This document shows, piece by piece, positions 1-7,671 of a DNA stretch of 20,000 nucleotides. The position numbers were made by a program, and so were the translations under genes. The stretch's first letter is position 1; each line of letters begins with the position of its first letter. The notes below the pieces were generated by a model, which had not been told where the DNA came from, ran no database searches, and worked only from the letters and a program-made list of their open reading frames with translations. Source of the DNA: an uncultured virus (IMG/VR IMGVR_UViG_3300005782_000717) (taxonomy: Duplodnaviria > Heunggongvirae > Uroviricota > Caudoviricetes); the IMG/VR virus record IMGVR_UViG_3300005782_000717; one strand, written 5' to 3'.

Positions 1-2
1 GC

Positions 3-1322
3 TCCTGTTGCCTCATTGACCCAGCAGGCCCTAACACCCCGGATAACCGAATGTGTACAACGAAGGGAGCTATCGGTACCCTCTCTGACAGGGAGGAACG
101 AGAGTGGTGCTCGGAGATAAATATCGTCGCGGATGGAAGATGCGCCAGGGCTATGGCAATCAGGGAGGCCGCCAGGGAATGCAAGGAGAAACATCCGAGC
201 GACACTGAAGCGTTCTTCCAATGCTACATTCCGGCCTTTAGTGCAGCCACCAAGGAAAGCAACCCTGCCCGGGTACATTTCGATCGTGCTGACATTGATA
301 GCGCCATAGAAGCTGCTAAGCGGTTGAAATCAGATAGAGACTTATATATCTTCGCTACACATCTGGGATATACCATAGATAAAAGACCACCACCCGGAAT
401 GCAGCAGTATGTAATAGTTCACACAGGTGGCTCAACAGAAACGATAAAGCCAGGAGGCGAGAGCAACCCCGGCACCCCCTATCAGGAAGAGGGAGAGCGA
501 ATCGCCCGGCAGCTGGGCAACGGAGTCATCTACAATGGCCCCCAGATGTATTACGATAAACTCTATGCACACATCTTCACCGATGTCGCCGTTACTGGCA
601 CAACCTTTGCTTGCCTCGGTCTCGAAGAGTGCAAGGCCAATCTCATTCAAAAGCGAAAAGACTTCGGAGCTGCCCCACCGGCTTTCAGCCAAATCACCAA
701 GGGGGGCAACCCTGGTACTGTGCCTGAAGTAACTGAAGACTTTGAGCATACAGTTATAGGGCGTATGGCTAGTGGCGAAGCCAATTTATTACAAACCCCC
801 GAAGGTGAGTTAATAGAACGCATTGCGGGTGGTGAAAAGCGAGGGTGGTGGAAGATTCTTGTTGGTAAAACAGAATACGTTGGTAAAACTCCCGCGGATG
901 TATTAAACCTTGCTCGTAGAAGAGAGGCTATGCGAGGAGAGGCTTTACCCAAAGCACTCCCAACTAAACCCCGCACAGCAGGCAATCCCGGTCTCCCTGA
1001 GCCTGGGCCACCTATTCCTGACCCTTGGCTGATGACAAGAACGGAGTATGAACCGTTGGCACGAAGTGAGTTCAGGCGGGTTACTGAGGATATGATTGCC
1101 CGTCTCGAGGAGAGACTCTCTGACTTTAAACCAGGCATGGCAGCGTATGAGGATACTCTTCGTGGCATTGCGATGCAGAAGCAGCAGCTGGAGGAAGGGT
1201 TGACTTCCGAGGGGATAAGATTCACACATCGATTGCATGTAAGGAAAGCGTTTCTCGAAGGCAAGCCTGTTCCCGCCGAAGTCTTAGCTGATTATCCTGA
1301 CCTGTCGAAAGGAGCGATATGA
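3..1322 (+). CDS. Modular hypothetical protein, probably 5'-truncated by the window, with four (S/G)NP(G/A) linkers
   Basis: The frame is open from position 3 (SCCLIDPAGPNTPDNR precedes M at 51). SNPA, SNPG, GNPG and GNPG occur at about 258, 462, 705 and 981. The C-terminal PWxMTRxEY...EGKPVPAEVLADYPDL module resembles segments I recall from large phage proteins. Confidence 0.8.
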   Translation, partial: SCCLIDPAGPNTPDNRMCTTKGAIGTLSDREEREWCSEINIVADGRCARAMAIREAARECKEKHPSDTEAFFQCYIPAFSAATKESNPARVHFDRADIDSAIEAAKRLKSDRDLYIFATHLGYTIDKRPPPGMQQYVIVHTGGSTETIKPGGESNPGTPYQEEGERIARQLGNGVIYNGPQMYYDKLYAHIFTDVAVTGTTFACLGLEECKANLIQKRKDFGAAPPAFSQITKGGNPGTVPEVTEDFEHTVIGRMASGEANLLQTPEGELIERIAGGEKRGWWKILVGKTEYVGKTPADVLNLARRREAMRGEALPKALPTKPRTAGNPGLPEPGPPIPDPWLMTRTEYEPLARSEFRRVTEDMIARLEERLSDFKPGMAAYEDTLRGIAMQKQQLEEGLTSEGIRFTHRLHVRKAFLEGKPVPAEVLADYPDLSKGAI

Positions 1323-1353
1323 AAGGTGGCGTAACTAAGCGCAGGGGGCTGAA

Positions 1354-1743
1354 ATGGACATAAGCAAGGCAAAAAAGGTTGTGGAATTGACCAGGGGCGA
1401 TAGGAAAATACTGGTCACCCTCTACGAGGGCGGCCAGGTGGCCAGCTGCATTGAGGACGAAGCCAAAAAGCAGTACTGCGAAACCTGCCAGGCGGATGAC
1501 GAGACCTGCCAACAGTGGATAGAACACCTGAAGGAAAAGGGTTACCAGGTAACCGAGGTCGAGCTTGGGAAACTGGGGATTGAGGAGAGCCTGCCCAAAT
1601 TTATTGAGCAGAGAGAATCAGCAGGTACCCCGACCGAAGTAGTTGAAAAGCTGACTGTGGCGGTGCCGGAGGTGGCTTCAGATGTAGAGCCGGAGGAAAA
1701 GCCAGAAGGAGAAGAAGAAAGTGCCGTCAGCGAGCCCGATTAA
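1354..1743 (+). CDS. Hypothetical protein with Cys motifs and an acidic C-terminal tail
   Basis: 129-aa ORF with a GGGGG RBS-like run before the ATG; CxxC motif; part of the + strand operon. Confidence 0.75.
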   Translation: MDISKAKKVVELTRGDRKILVTLYEGGQVASCIEDEAKKQYCETCQADDETCQQWIEHLKEKGYQVTEVELGKLGIEESLPKFIEQRESAGTPTEVVEKLTVAVPEVASDVEPEEKPEGEEESAVSEPD

Positions 1744-1951
1744 GCTCTACCTTGAGGTTTTGGAGGCATACAACAGGGGAGAAGAAGAAGGGGCAGCACA
1801 GAAGTTAGCTGAAGCCCTTGGCGCTAAGGAACCCGGCCCCGTCATAATCAACTCTCTTGATAAGTTTCTTAATTACGGCTCCATGCCGAATGATGTAGCA
1901 CTACAGATAGTAGCCACAGAAGTATCAAAAAGCAGAGGAAATAATGACTGA
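1721..1951 (+). CDS. Hypothetical protein
   Basis: 76-aa ORF overlapping both neighbours, which suggests translational coupling. Confidence 0.65.
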   Translation: MPSASPIKLYLEVLEAYNRGEEEGAAQKLAEALGAKEPGPVIINSLDKFLNYGSMPNDVALQIVATEVSKSRGNND

Positions 1952-2255
1952 AAAAAAATGCCCAGTTAAATTAAAACCCATGGCGACGTGGGTTCAGGAA
2001 GAAGACCCAAACGGCATTTGTCGGGAGTGCCTTTTAGGTCCAGTACTTCAGTGGTACCGCGATGAACTGAATGACAAGGGTCATGCCAAGTTCGTGGATG
2101 AGCTGAACCAAATTGCTCGTGAAGCTGAGGTTTTACCCTTGACTCTTTGTGAAAAGCTTGATAATATAAAAGGTGAGGTGGAAGAACCATTGAGGGAAAG
2201 GCTTGAGGAGTTCGATTGTGCCGCTCAAGCATATAAACCTAAAGATGATTCATGA
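1944..2255 (+). CDS. Hypothetical Cys-containing protein
   Basis: 103-aa ORF with GAGG RBS and a CRECL motif. Confidence 0.75.
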   Translation: MTEKKCPVKLKPMATWVQEEDPNGICRECLLGPVLQWYRDELNDKGHAKFVDELNQIAREAEVLPLTLCEKLDNIKGEVEEPLRERLEEFDCAAQAYKPKDDS

Positions 2256-2289
2256 TGATGAAGAAGTTTTTATTTAGGAGGTGTCTCCG

Positions 2290-2508
2290 ATGGCCAAAAT
2301 TAGAATGGCTCAGGTAGCTGGCCTACCGGTCCGAACCCTCCGGCGAATGGTTGGGATTCCTGCCCACAGGCCCAGCGCTTTCAATGCTTGCATTGGTGCT
2401 GCGCTCAGGGGCAAGACATATTCCACCCCTGCAGTCGGAACCGGCGGACAGCAAGACAAGAGGATCCAGTCTGCTTTTACTGCTGCGGCTAAGTCCTGCG
2501 GTAGATAG
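2290..2508 (+). CDS. Small basic protein with an HMG-box/YABBY-like motif, putatively DNA-binding
   Basis: AGGAGGTG RBS before ATG 2290. The PSAFN...AFTAAAK pattern parallels YABBY/HMG PSAYN...AFSAAAK. Function is inferred. Confidence 0.6.
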   Translation: MAKIRMAQVAGLPVRTLRRMVGIPAHRPSAFNACIGAALRGKTYSTPAVGTGGQQDKRIQSAFTAAAKSCGR

Positions 2509-2534
2509 AAAGCGTAACCTCCACTGACAAAAAT

Positions 2535-2574
2535 AGCCCGTGGTTTGACCTTTCCCTTCCACGGGCTTCTTCTT
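2535..2574 (+). terminator. Probable intrinsic terminator between convergent genes
   Basis: 9-bp stem AGCCCGTGG/CCACGGGCT followed by TCTTCTT; an A-run upstream could make it bidirectional. Confidence 0.6.
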
Positions 2575-2590
2575 AATAAAAAATGAGCTA

Positions 2591-2803
2591 CTACTTCCGC
2601 TGCCTGGAAGCCATGGAAAAGTAGCAAGCCTCATTGTGGCAAGCCTTCCATAGATTGCAACCAGTCTGGACAACGATTTTGCTTTGTTCCTCGTTCGCCG
2701 TCACCTTCAAGGGAGAGATGACTATAGAAACATTCTTTTGCTTCCCCTTATCATCAACGAACTCGCTGCAGACACCCTGCGTGGCCTGTATATTGACTTC
2801 CAA
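2591..2803 (-). CDS. Hypothetical Cys-rich small protein
   Basis: 70 aa, TTG start with AGGAGG RBS; C-x5-C-x4-C motif. Confidence 0.7.
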   Translation of the reverse strand: MEVNIQATQGVCSEFVDDKGKQKNVSIVISPLKVTANEEQSKIVVQTGCNLWKACHNEACYFSMASRQRK

Positions 2804-2844
2804 TGTTACCTCCTGTGGAAGTATCCGGAAAGGCTCTGGAATAA

Positions 2845-2892
2845 AAGGGGCGGGTAGCCCCGAGATTACTCCAGGGTTGCTACCCGCCCCTT
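2845..2892 (-). terminator. GC-rich hairpin with U-tract
   Basis: Perfect 14-bp inverted repeat AAGGGGCGGGTAGC/GCTACCCGCCCCTT, running into TTTTATT on the - strand. Confidence 0.65.
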
Positions 2893-2900
2893 GTCTTTAT

Positions 2901-2929
2901 ATAATGTGATAAGTTTTCGCCTTTGTCAA
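2901..2929 (-). promoter_or_regulatory. Sigma70-type promoter
   Basis: TTGACA (2929-2924), 17-nt spacer, CATTAT (2906-2901) in AT-rich intergenic DNA. Confidence 0.5.
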
Positions 2930-2968
2930 GTCCTCCTTACAGGCAGGATTATCGGTGGCGGTAGTTCT

Positions 2969-3283
2969 CTAGCCCTTAGTTTTTGTGCTCAACATCCACT
3001 CCCGCCAGCAGACCTCGCAGGTGCCGCTTATCAAAGTATCAACCTTGTTGTGGCATATCATGCACTCGAGGTCTGTGCCATGCTCAACCTGGCTTTGGGC
3101 ACGCTTTTCCTCAAGATATTCCTCCTCACCGAGGGGCTTTTCATGTTTCGCAAGCCATCTCCCGTTGGCAATCTGCGCCCTGGTCTTTTTGAGCTCTTCG
3201 GCATCGCCTCCCCTGGCCTCTATATCCGCTATCATTGCGTCCACTTCCTGTATGCTTAGTGTGACTGCAGCCCCTTTCGCCAT
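2969..3283 (-). CDS. Hypothetical protein with a C-terminal Zn finger
   Basis: 104 aa, GGGGGTGA RBS, CMIC...CEVC. Confidence 0.75.
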   Translation of the reverse strand: MAKGAAVTLSIQEVDAMIADIEARGGDAEELKKTRAQIANGRWLAKHEKPLGEEEYLEEKRAQSQVEHGTDLECMICHNKVDTLISGTCEVCWREWMLSTKTKG

Positions 3284-3341
3284 TTGCCCTTCACCCCCTT
3301 TTTTCTGACTGTATCCTTTTATATACCTGGTTAACTAACCC

Positions 3342-3824
3342 CTACCGGATTGACGCCTCAATTTCGCTCGGCCTTATGGTTTCCGCCAGTTTCAGGGCCA
3401 CGTCCTTTGCCTCGTCCAGGTCCTCCACCAGCTTGTGTACGTGTATGTGCAGGGGAACGATGTTTGGATCATACTTGTCAGGATTATAGTGCACATGGAA
3501 GTTACTGAAACTTGCCCCGGGTGGCAGCTGCGGCTGAAGATATTCCCTTATCTTGCCCTCCTTTTTCGTGCACTCCCGCTCCCACTCGGGCCCTTTGCCG
3601 GCGAATGCGCCATAGGCATAGTCAGTCTTATACTTGACCTCAATGTCGGTCTCCACCGAGAGCCGGCCGTCGTGGCGGATGATCTGGATGGTGTCGTAGA
3701 ACTGGAAGTCCTTGGGCCAATATTCCTGGAGGCCGAGCTTGACGTGGCAGGCCCCCATCCCATTCTCCACGCACGGGTTGCACTTCATATCGATCTCTTT
3801 CAGGTAATCGCAAAATTCAGCCAT
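3342..3824 (-). CDS. Hypothetical Cys/His-rich protein
   Basis: 160 aa; N-terminal Cys cluster and two HxH motifs (FHVH, HIHVH). Confidence 0.75.
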   Translation of the reverse strand: MAEFCDYLKEIDMKCNPCVENGMGACHVKLGLQEYWPKDFQFYDTIQIIRHDGRLSVETDIEVKYKTDYAYGAFAGKGPEWERECTKKEGKIREYLQPQLPPGASFSNFHVHYNPDKYDPNIVPLHIHVHKLVEDLDEAKDVALKLAETIRPSEIEASIR

Positions 3825-3828
3825 CTTT

Positions 3829-4086
3829 CTAATCCCTCCAGCAGTCCCAGCACAGGGCCTGGGCTATCCTAGAGTCAATCTCCAGGAATGTCCTGTCTAT
3901 AACGTATTGGTCCTTCGTTTCGAGAACTCTCTGCAGGTGCTGCTTTGTCGACTCGCTTATTGGCGACTGTTTGACGCTCTCCAGCGCCTTGTCGAATTGC
4001 CCGCTGTGGGCCAGCCTCCTTATCTGGGCGTAGCTCTCCATCTCCTCCGGTATCGCGGCCACTACCTTTGCTGCTTCGTCGTTCAT
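3829..4086 (-). CDS. Hypothetical protein
   Basis: 85 aa with a C-terminal CWDC; tightly packed with the downstream gene. Confidence 0.7.
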   Translation of the reverse strand: MNDEAAKVVAAIPEEMESYAQIRRLAHSGQFDKALESVKQSPISESTKQHLQRVLETKDQYVIDRTFLEIDSRIAQALCWDCWRD

Positions 4087-4101
4087 TGCCTATCCCTCTG
4101 C

Positions 4102-4130
4102 TTGATGCCTTTGACTAATTCTGTTACTAT
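4102..4130 (+). promoter_or_regulatory. Sigma70-type promoter with extended -10, probably giving a leaderless mRNA
   Basis: TTGATG, 17-nt spacer, TGnTACTAT ending at 4130. The ATG at 4137 sits at the expected start site and has no Shine-Dalgarno. Confidence 0.5.
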
Positions 4131-4136
4131 TATACT

Positions 4137-4535
4137 ATGTCAACTTGCCCCTGCAAAATCGGCGCAGACCCGAACCGCATGCCAGTCCAGGCCATACAGG
4201 ACGAGCTGAACGCCCTCATTTACGAGGAGGAGGTCCAAAAGGCTTGCGACGCCAAGGATCGGGAACTTCTCTCCATCATAATCGCCCAGCCGAAAGCCCA
4301 TCACTTCGATTTCCTCCAGGGCAAGACGGAGTGGAAGGTTCGCGGCAAGTGGAAGCGGCCCGACGAGGGCTTTGACATTGAGAGGAATGTCCAGCTCGAC
4401 GTCGAATTCAAAGATGCCGCCGACGAATGCGTCGGGAAGCGTGTTATCGAGCTGCTCAAGGCCTACAACACAAAAGTGGTCGGTGAGGAGGTTCTCTACG
4501 CCCGAACCATCCCCATCGAAGAAGGTACCCTCTAG
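4137..4535 (+). CDS. Hypothetical protein, weakly resembling the DUF3574/PII-like fold
   Basis: 132 aa, the only convincing + strand gene inside the - strand array; G-x-W...E-x-N-V...EEVLY pattern. Confidence 0.7.
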   Translation: MSTCPCKIGADPNRMPVQAIQDELNALIYEEEVQKACDAKDRELLSIIIAQPKAHHFDFLQGKTEWKVRGKWKRPDEGFDIERNVQLDVEFKDAADECVGKRVIELLKAYNTKVVGEEVLYARTIPIEEGTL

Positions 4536-4750
4536 TCCTTGTGCGTCCGGGCGTATTCCTTTTTGGCCTTCTCTATTTCTGCCTCGCTCCAGCCCCTGGG
4601 GGTATCCAGCCAGCCGCCGCCTGGCAGCCCCTCTTCCTCGCAGCGGCAGACATTATGGCGCCCCCTCTGGTATGGCGGCGTGGTTATCTGTAGGTCCTTG
4701 CCGCACAGCCAGCACCGGTATTGACCCAGCCTCCTTCTTTTCGCTTTCAT
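4532..4750 (-). CDS. Small Zn-finger-like protein
   Basis: 72 aa, CWLC...HNVCRC. Confidence 0.65.
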   Translation of the reverse strand: MKAKRRRLGQYRCWLCGKDLQITTPPYQRGRHNVCRCEEEGLPGGGWLDTPRGWSEAEIEKAKKEYARTHKD

Positions 4751-5071
4751 TCAGCCTCCTTTCGCCGCCTCAACTATCTCCGCCAGCTCCGGCGAGGCGT
4801 CCTCGACCGGGGTAAACCCGCCCAGGACAAGCCCGAGCTCGTCGTAGGACCAGTAGACCTCTTGGCCCCTGTAGCCATTGCCATTGGCGGTATGCCCCTC
4901 GGTGATGACGTTGCCGAAGGCGGCCTCGAGGGCCCGGACAGTGGCTCCATTGTCACATGGGACACGCTCGCACACGCCGGTTTCCGAGTCCTTAATCTCC
5001 AGTAATCCCAGGCCACTTCCCCAGGACCCGCCGAACTGGATCAGCTTGCCTTTTTTAATTTCCACTGTCAT
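4751..5071 (-). CDS. Hypothetical protein
   Basis: 106 aa with AGGAGG RBS. Confidence 0.75.
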   Translation of the reverse strand: MTVEIKKGKLIQFGGSWGSGLGLLEIKDSETGVCERVPCDNGATVRALEAAFGNVITEGHTANGNGYRGQEVYWSYDELGLVLGGFTPVEDASPELAEIVEAAKGG

Positions 5072-5220
5072 GCCTCCTTTCCTTTCTTAAGTTCGGGTAT
5101 CTGTCTGCCCTGCTTGCTCTTCAAGTAACACCGGTTACCTTTGCGCCAGTAGCAGGACGGATAGCAATACTCCTGCCCAATCGGGCACTTGGCTACCCTA
5201 ACGCCTTTGTCATTAGCCAC
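5068..5220 (-). CDS. 50-aa Cys-rich protein not in the ORF track
   Basis: Hand-translated MANDKGVRVAKCPIGQEYCYPSCYWRKGNRCYLKSKQGRQIPELKKGKEA; GGGGTGA RBS; ATGA overlap with the next gene. Confidence 0.65.
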   Translation of the reverse strand: MANDKGVRVAKCPIGQEYCYPSCYWRKGNRCYLKSKQGRQIPELKKGKEA

Positions 5221-5301
5221 GACAATCACCCCCTTTCTTTTTATTTGAGCTTACCCGCTCAGGAGAGAGTGGGACCGGCTCCCGCCCTCGGCCTGAATTG
5301 G

Positions 5302-5607
5302 TTAGCTGCTTAATCCTGGTATATCCTTAATCTTAGGCTGCCCAAAATAGAGATCTCTCTCTATCTTCAGCCCCACGGGGCCGGTGATAGATTCCAGCTC
5401 CTTCAGCGAGAAGTAACCCCATTCCTTCTCCTGGCCATCCACTAGCCCGAAGAAGAGGTCTTCGCCGTCAAACTCCACCGCGTACCAGGTCCAGCTGGTC
5501 CAGGGTGTGAAGAACTTTGCAATTACTACCTTCTCATCTGTCGGGATTTCCTCGCCTTCATAGAGCTTCGGGAATTGCTGCCTAAGTTCTTTGGTGAGTA
5601 GTTTCAT
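5302..5607 (-). CDS. DUF2958 family protein
   Basis: KFFTPW..WTWY..E......FFGLV.G.E.E.GYFSL.EL.......IERDLYF signature; AGGAGG RBS. Confidence 0.85.
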   Translation of the reverse strand: MKLLTKELRQQFPKLYEGEEIPTDEKVVIAKFFTPWTSWTWYAVEFDGEDLFFGLVDGQEKEWGYFSLKELESITGPVGLKIERDLYFGQPKIKDIPGLSS

Positions 5608-5716
5608 TGGTTTACCTCCTTTGTTTGATAAAGCCGGTTCGAGATCGAGCCATGGTCATAAAAATAGGCCGCCTCCTTTCCAGCTTTGGGCTATCGAGAA
5701 AGCGGCCGCGGGCAAC

Positions 5717-5740
5717 AAAAAAACCTCCGGGCGGAGGTTT
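5717..5740 (-). terminator. Intrinsic terminator, the probable riboswitch expression platform
   Basis: AAACCTCC-GCCC-GGAGGTTT followed by TTTT, about 35 nt downstream of the aptamer. Confidence 0.75.
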
Positions 5741-5773
5741 ACCGCCTTCCTTTTTCACAGTCTCTGCTGTGAC

Positions 5774-5874
5774 CTATCGTTCCCCTGGCGGGGCCAGCTT
5801 TGGCACCTTCAAGAAAGACTCAAAGGTTGCCGTGCGGATCATCGGGCTGGTTCCCTAACCGCAACTCTCAATAG
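5774..5874 (-). promoter_or_regulatory. SAM-I (S-box) riboswitch aptamer
   Basis: CUAUU-GAGAG...GGG-AACCAG-CCC-GAUGA...CGGCAACC...GGUGCCAA-AG-CUGG-CCCC-GCCA-GGGG-AAC-GAUAG. P1-P4, the L2-J3/4 pseudoknot (CCAG/CUGG) and the SAM-contacting core can all be mapped. Confidence 0.88.
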
Positions 5875-5982
5875 CTCCAGGACTTATTCAATTGTTAATG
5901 TGCAATTTATATTTGGTTCCACATTTATATTACCGCTAGTAATATACTAGGAGGGATACAACACTCGGCTATAACGCATAAA

Positions 5983-6153
5983 TCATCTCCTCCCTATCCT
6001 CAGCGCCCACCATAATTTCAGACTCTGCTTTAGGTGAAGCCAACTCTCCCTCCGCATAAACACCAGCCAAGTCTTGTCTCTGGGTAAAGCCAGGGCCTCA
6101 ATTAGCCGCTTACTGGACCGGTGTATCAGCTCTACCGTCTGCTCTAGTTTCAT
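5983..6153 (-). CDS. 56-aa hypothetical protein not in the ORF track
   Basis: AAGGAGG RBS; hand-translated MKLEQTVELIHRSSKRLIEALALPRDKTWLV...RIGRR. Confidence 0.55.
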   Translation of the reverse strand: MKLEQTVELIHRSSKRLIEALALPRDKTWLVFMRRESWLHLKQSLKLWWALRIGRR

Positions 6154-6162
6154 ACTGCCTCC

Positions 6163-6348
6163 TTAGTCTGCACAGGGGATAGTAAACTCCCCAGAGCAGC
6201 TCCCGCAGCGGATATAGTGCCAGGGCCCCAGGCTGGCAGTGGGGATTTGGGGTTCTTTCAAGTCTAGGCTAACAAACCCCGCATCCGTGAGCTTCTCCTT
6301 TTCCCCACAGTAGGGGCACTGGATGTTGTCATACTCGCAGATCTTCAA
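6163..6348 (-). CDS. Small Zn-ribbon protein
   Basis: CPYC...CGSC; GGAGGTGA RBS. Confidence 0.7.
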   Translation of the reverse strand: MKICEYDNIQCPYCGEKEKLTDAGFVSLDLKEPQIPTASLGPWHYIRCGSCSGEFTIPCAD

Positions 6349-6545
6349 GGCCTCACCTCCATTCGTATGGTTTCCCAGGCATCTTCACCTGGGACAAGAC
6401 CCAGGCTATGCCCGTCATCCCAAGTGATATGGACTGTACCTAATGCGTCCACAAAATCAACGGTTCCCTCAGTACCAGGGGCAATGCTTGTATAGGGATC
6501 GGGGCAGGAAATGAGCCTTACTCTATCACCTGCTTTATTTGACAC
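6345..6545 (-). CDS. DUF4314 family protein
   Basis: GDRVRL...DPY..I.PG..GTV.FVD.LG.VH..WD.G.SLGLV.GED signature. Confidence 0.85.
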   Translation of the reverse strand: MSNKAGDRVRLISCPDPYTSIAPGTEGTVDFVDALGTVHITWDDGHSLGLVPGEDAWETIRMEVRP

Positions 6546-6641
6546 TCCTCACCTCCTTATACTTTAGTGTCTACTGTTAAATGGCGCACCCCGCCGACCC
6601 GGGCACAAAGGGGAAGGCCCAGGCCGACAGGATGCATGTAC

Positions 6642-7613
6642 CTAATGGTGGCTATGGCACATCGGGCAGTAGGTGTGGTGGGTTTCCTCGCTGGCGAAGG
6701 TGGCGGCGACTTCCCTCACCCGCCCGATCTGTGCCGGCTCGGTGATCAGGTGGCTCGACGCCCAGGTGAGCAAATTCATCATCTCGTAGCTGTTGCGGGG
6801 TGGTTCCTGGATAGCCCGGGACCTGATGACGTCAGCAATCTCGCCGCCGATCTTGGCCCTTTTGAGCATTTCCTCGAGTATGAGGGCCCGCTGCTCCGCG
6901 GGTATGCGGTCCTGCATCATCTCCCGGTAGCGGTTGACTATTCCCCCAAGGGAGCCGTAGGCATCATGCAGGGACTTGCGGAACCACTGCCAGATATCGT
7001 CGCCCTCTCCGCCGCTTCCGCTGTACTCCTGCAAAATATCGTTATGCGTCATACCATTGGTGCAGGCCAGGCGCAGGACGAAGCTCTGGACCGAGGGCAT
7101 GATGCTGCCGATGGGCGAGAAGTTGATCAGGGCGCCGGCTCTTATGAGGTCACCCTTCCGGACCGGCTCACGCTTTTCGCCAACAATCTCAATAGTGGCG
7201 GCGTAGTCATGTGTGGTGACCTTGTGGTAATCGGCGCCGGGGATAACCTTCTCGATGGTGCTTACCAGGCGCTCGGGGGAGAGGTTGTGGGCCGACGAAG
7301 GCTTGGTGAAGTCTATGATGGCGCCCTTGTCCATCAGAACGGAGTAGCGCTCTCTCCTAGAGAGTATTTGCGTGGCCACTTCCCCGAATAGTCCGGGGGA
7401 TATTTCCTTCCCCATAGACTGGGGCATGCCGATGAAGCCGGCCAGGGACTTAACCCCCGTTTTCCCAATGGTCATCGAGTGGCTGCCGGAGCCAGGGCGT
7501 AATATGACCTGGTCAGGCTGGACCACTATCTTGGTTTTGGGCTGGTGGTCTATCGTCCTCACGGTGATATCCGCGAGGGGCTGTAGCTGTTTGATGACAT
7601 CGTCTTTCTTCAA
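6642..7613 (-). CDS. DUF932/DUF945-like protein
   Basis: 323 aa with the RLACTNGM motif and a C-terminal Y...NLLTWASSH helix; extra terminal CPMC. Confidence 0.65.
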   Translation of the reverse strand: MKKDDVIKQLQPLADITVRTIDHQPKTKIVVQPDQVILRPGSGSHSMTIGKTGVKSLAGFIGMPQSMGKEISPGLFGEVATQILSRRERYSVLMDKGAIIDFTKPSSAHNLSPERLVSTIEKVIPGADYHKVTTHDYAATIEIVGEKREPVRKGDLIRAGALINFSPIGSIMPSVQSFVLRLACTNGMTHNDILQEYSGSGGEGDDIWQWFRKSLHDAYGSLGGIVNRYREMMQDRIPAEQRALILEEMLKRAKIGGEIADVIRSRAIQEPPRNSYEMMNLLTWASSHLITEPAQIGRVREVAATFASEETHHTYCPMCHSHH

Positions 7614-7671
7614 TTTTTGCTCCTTATTTTAGCATTGTTTTACAGTTGGTACCAGTTGATTACCAATTACT

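Noticed and set aside
6567..7391. Long + strand ORFs such as 6567..7391, 11388..12002 and 19359..19982
   Set aside because: Antisense shadows of better-supported - strand genes with RBSs and family motifs.
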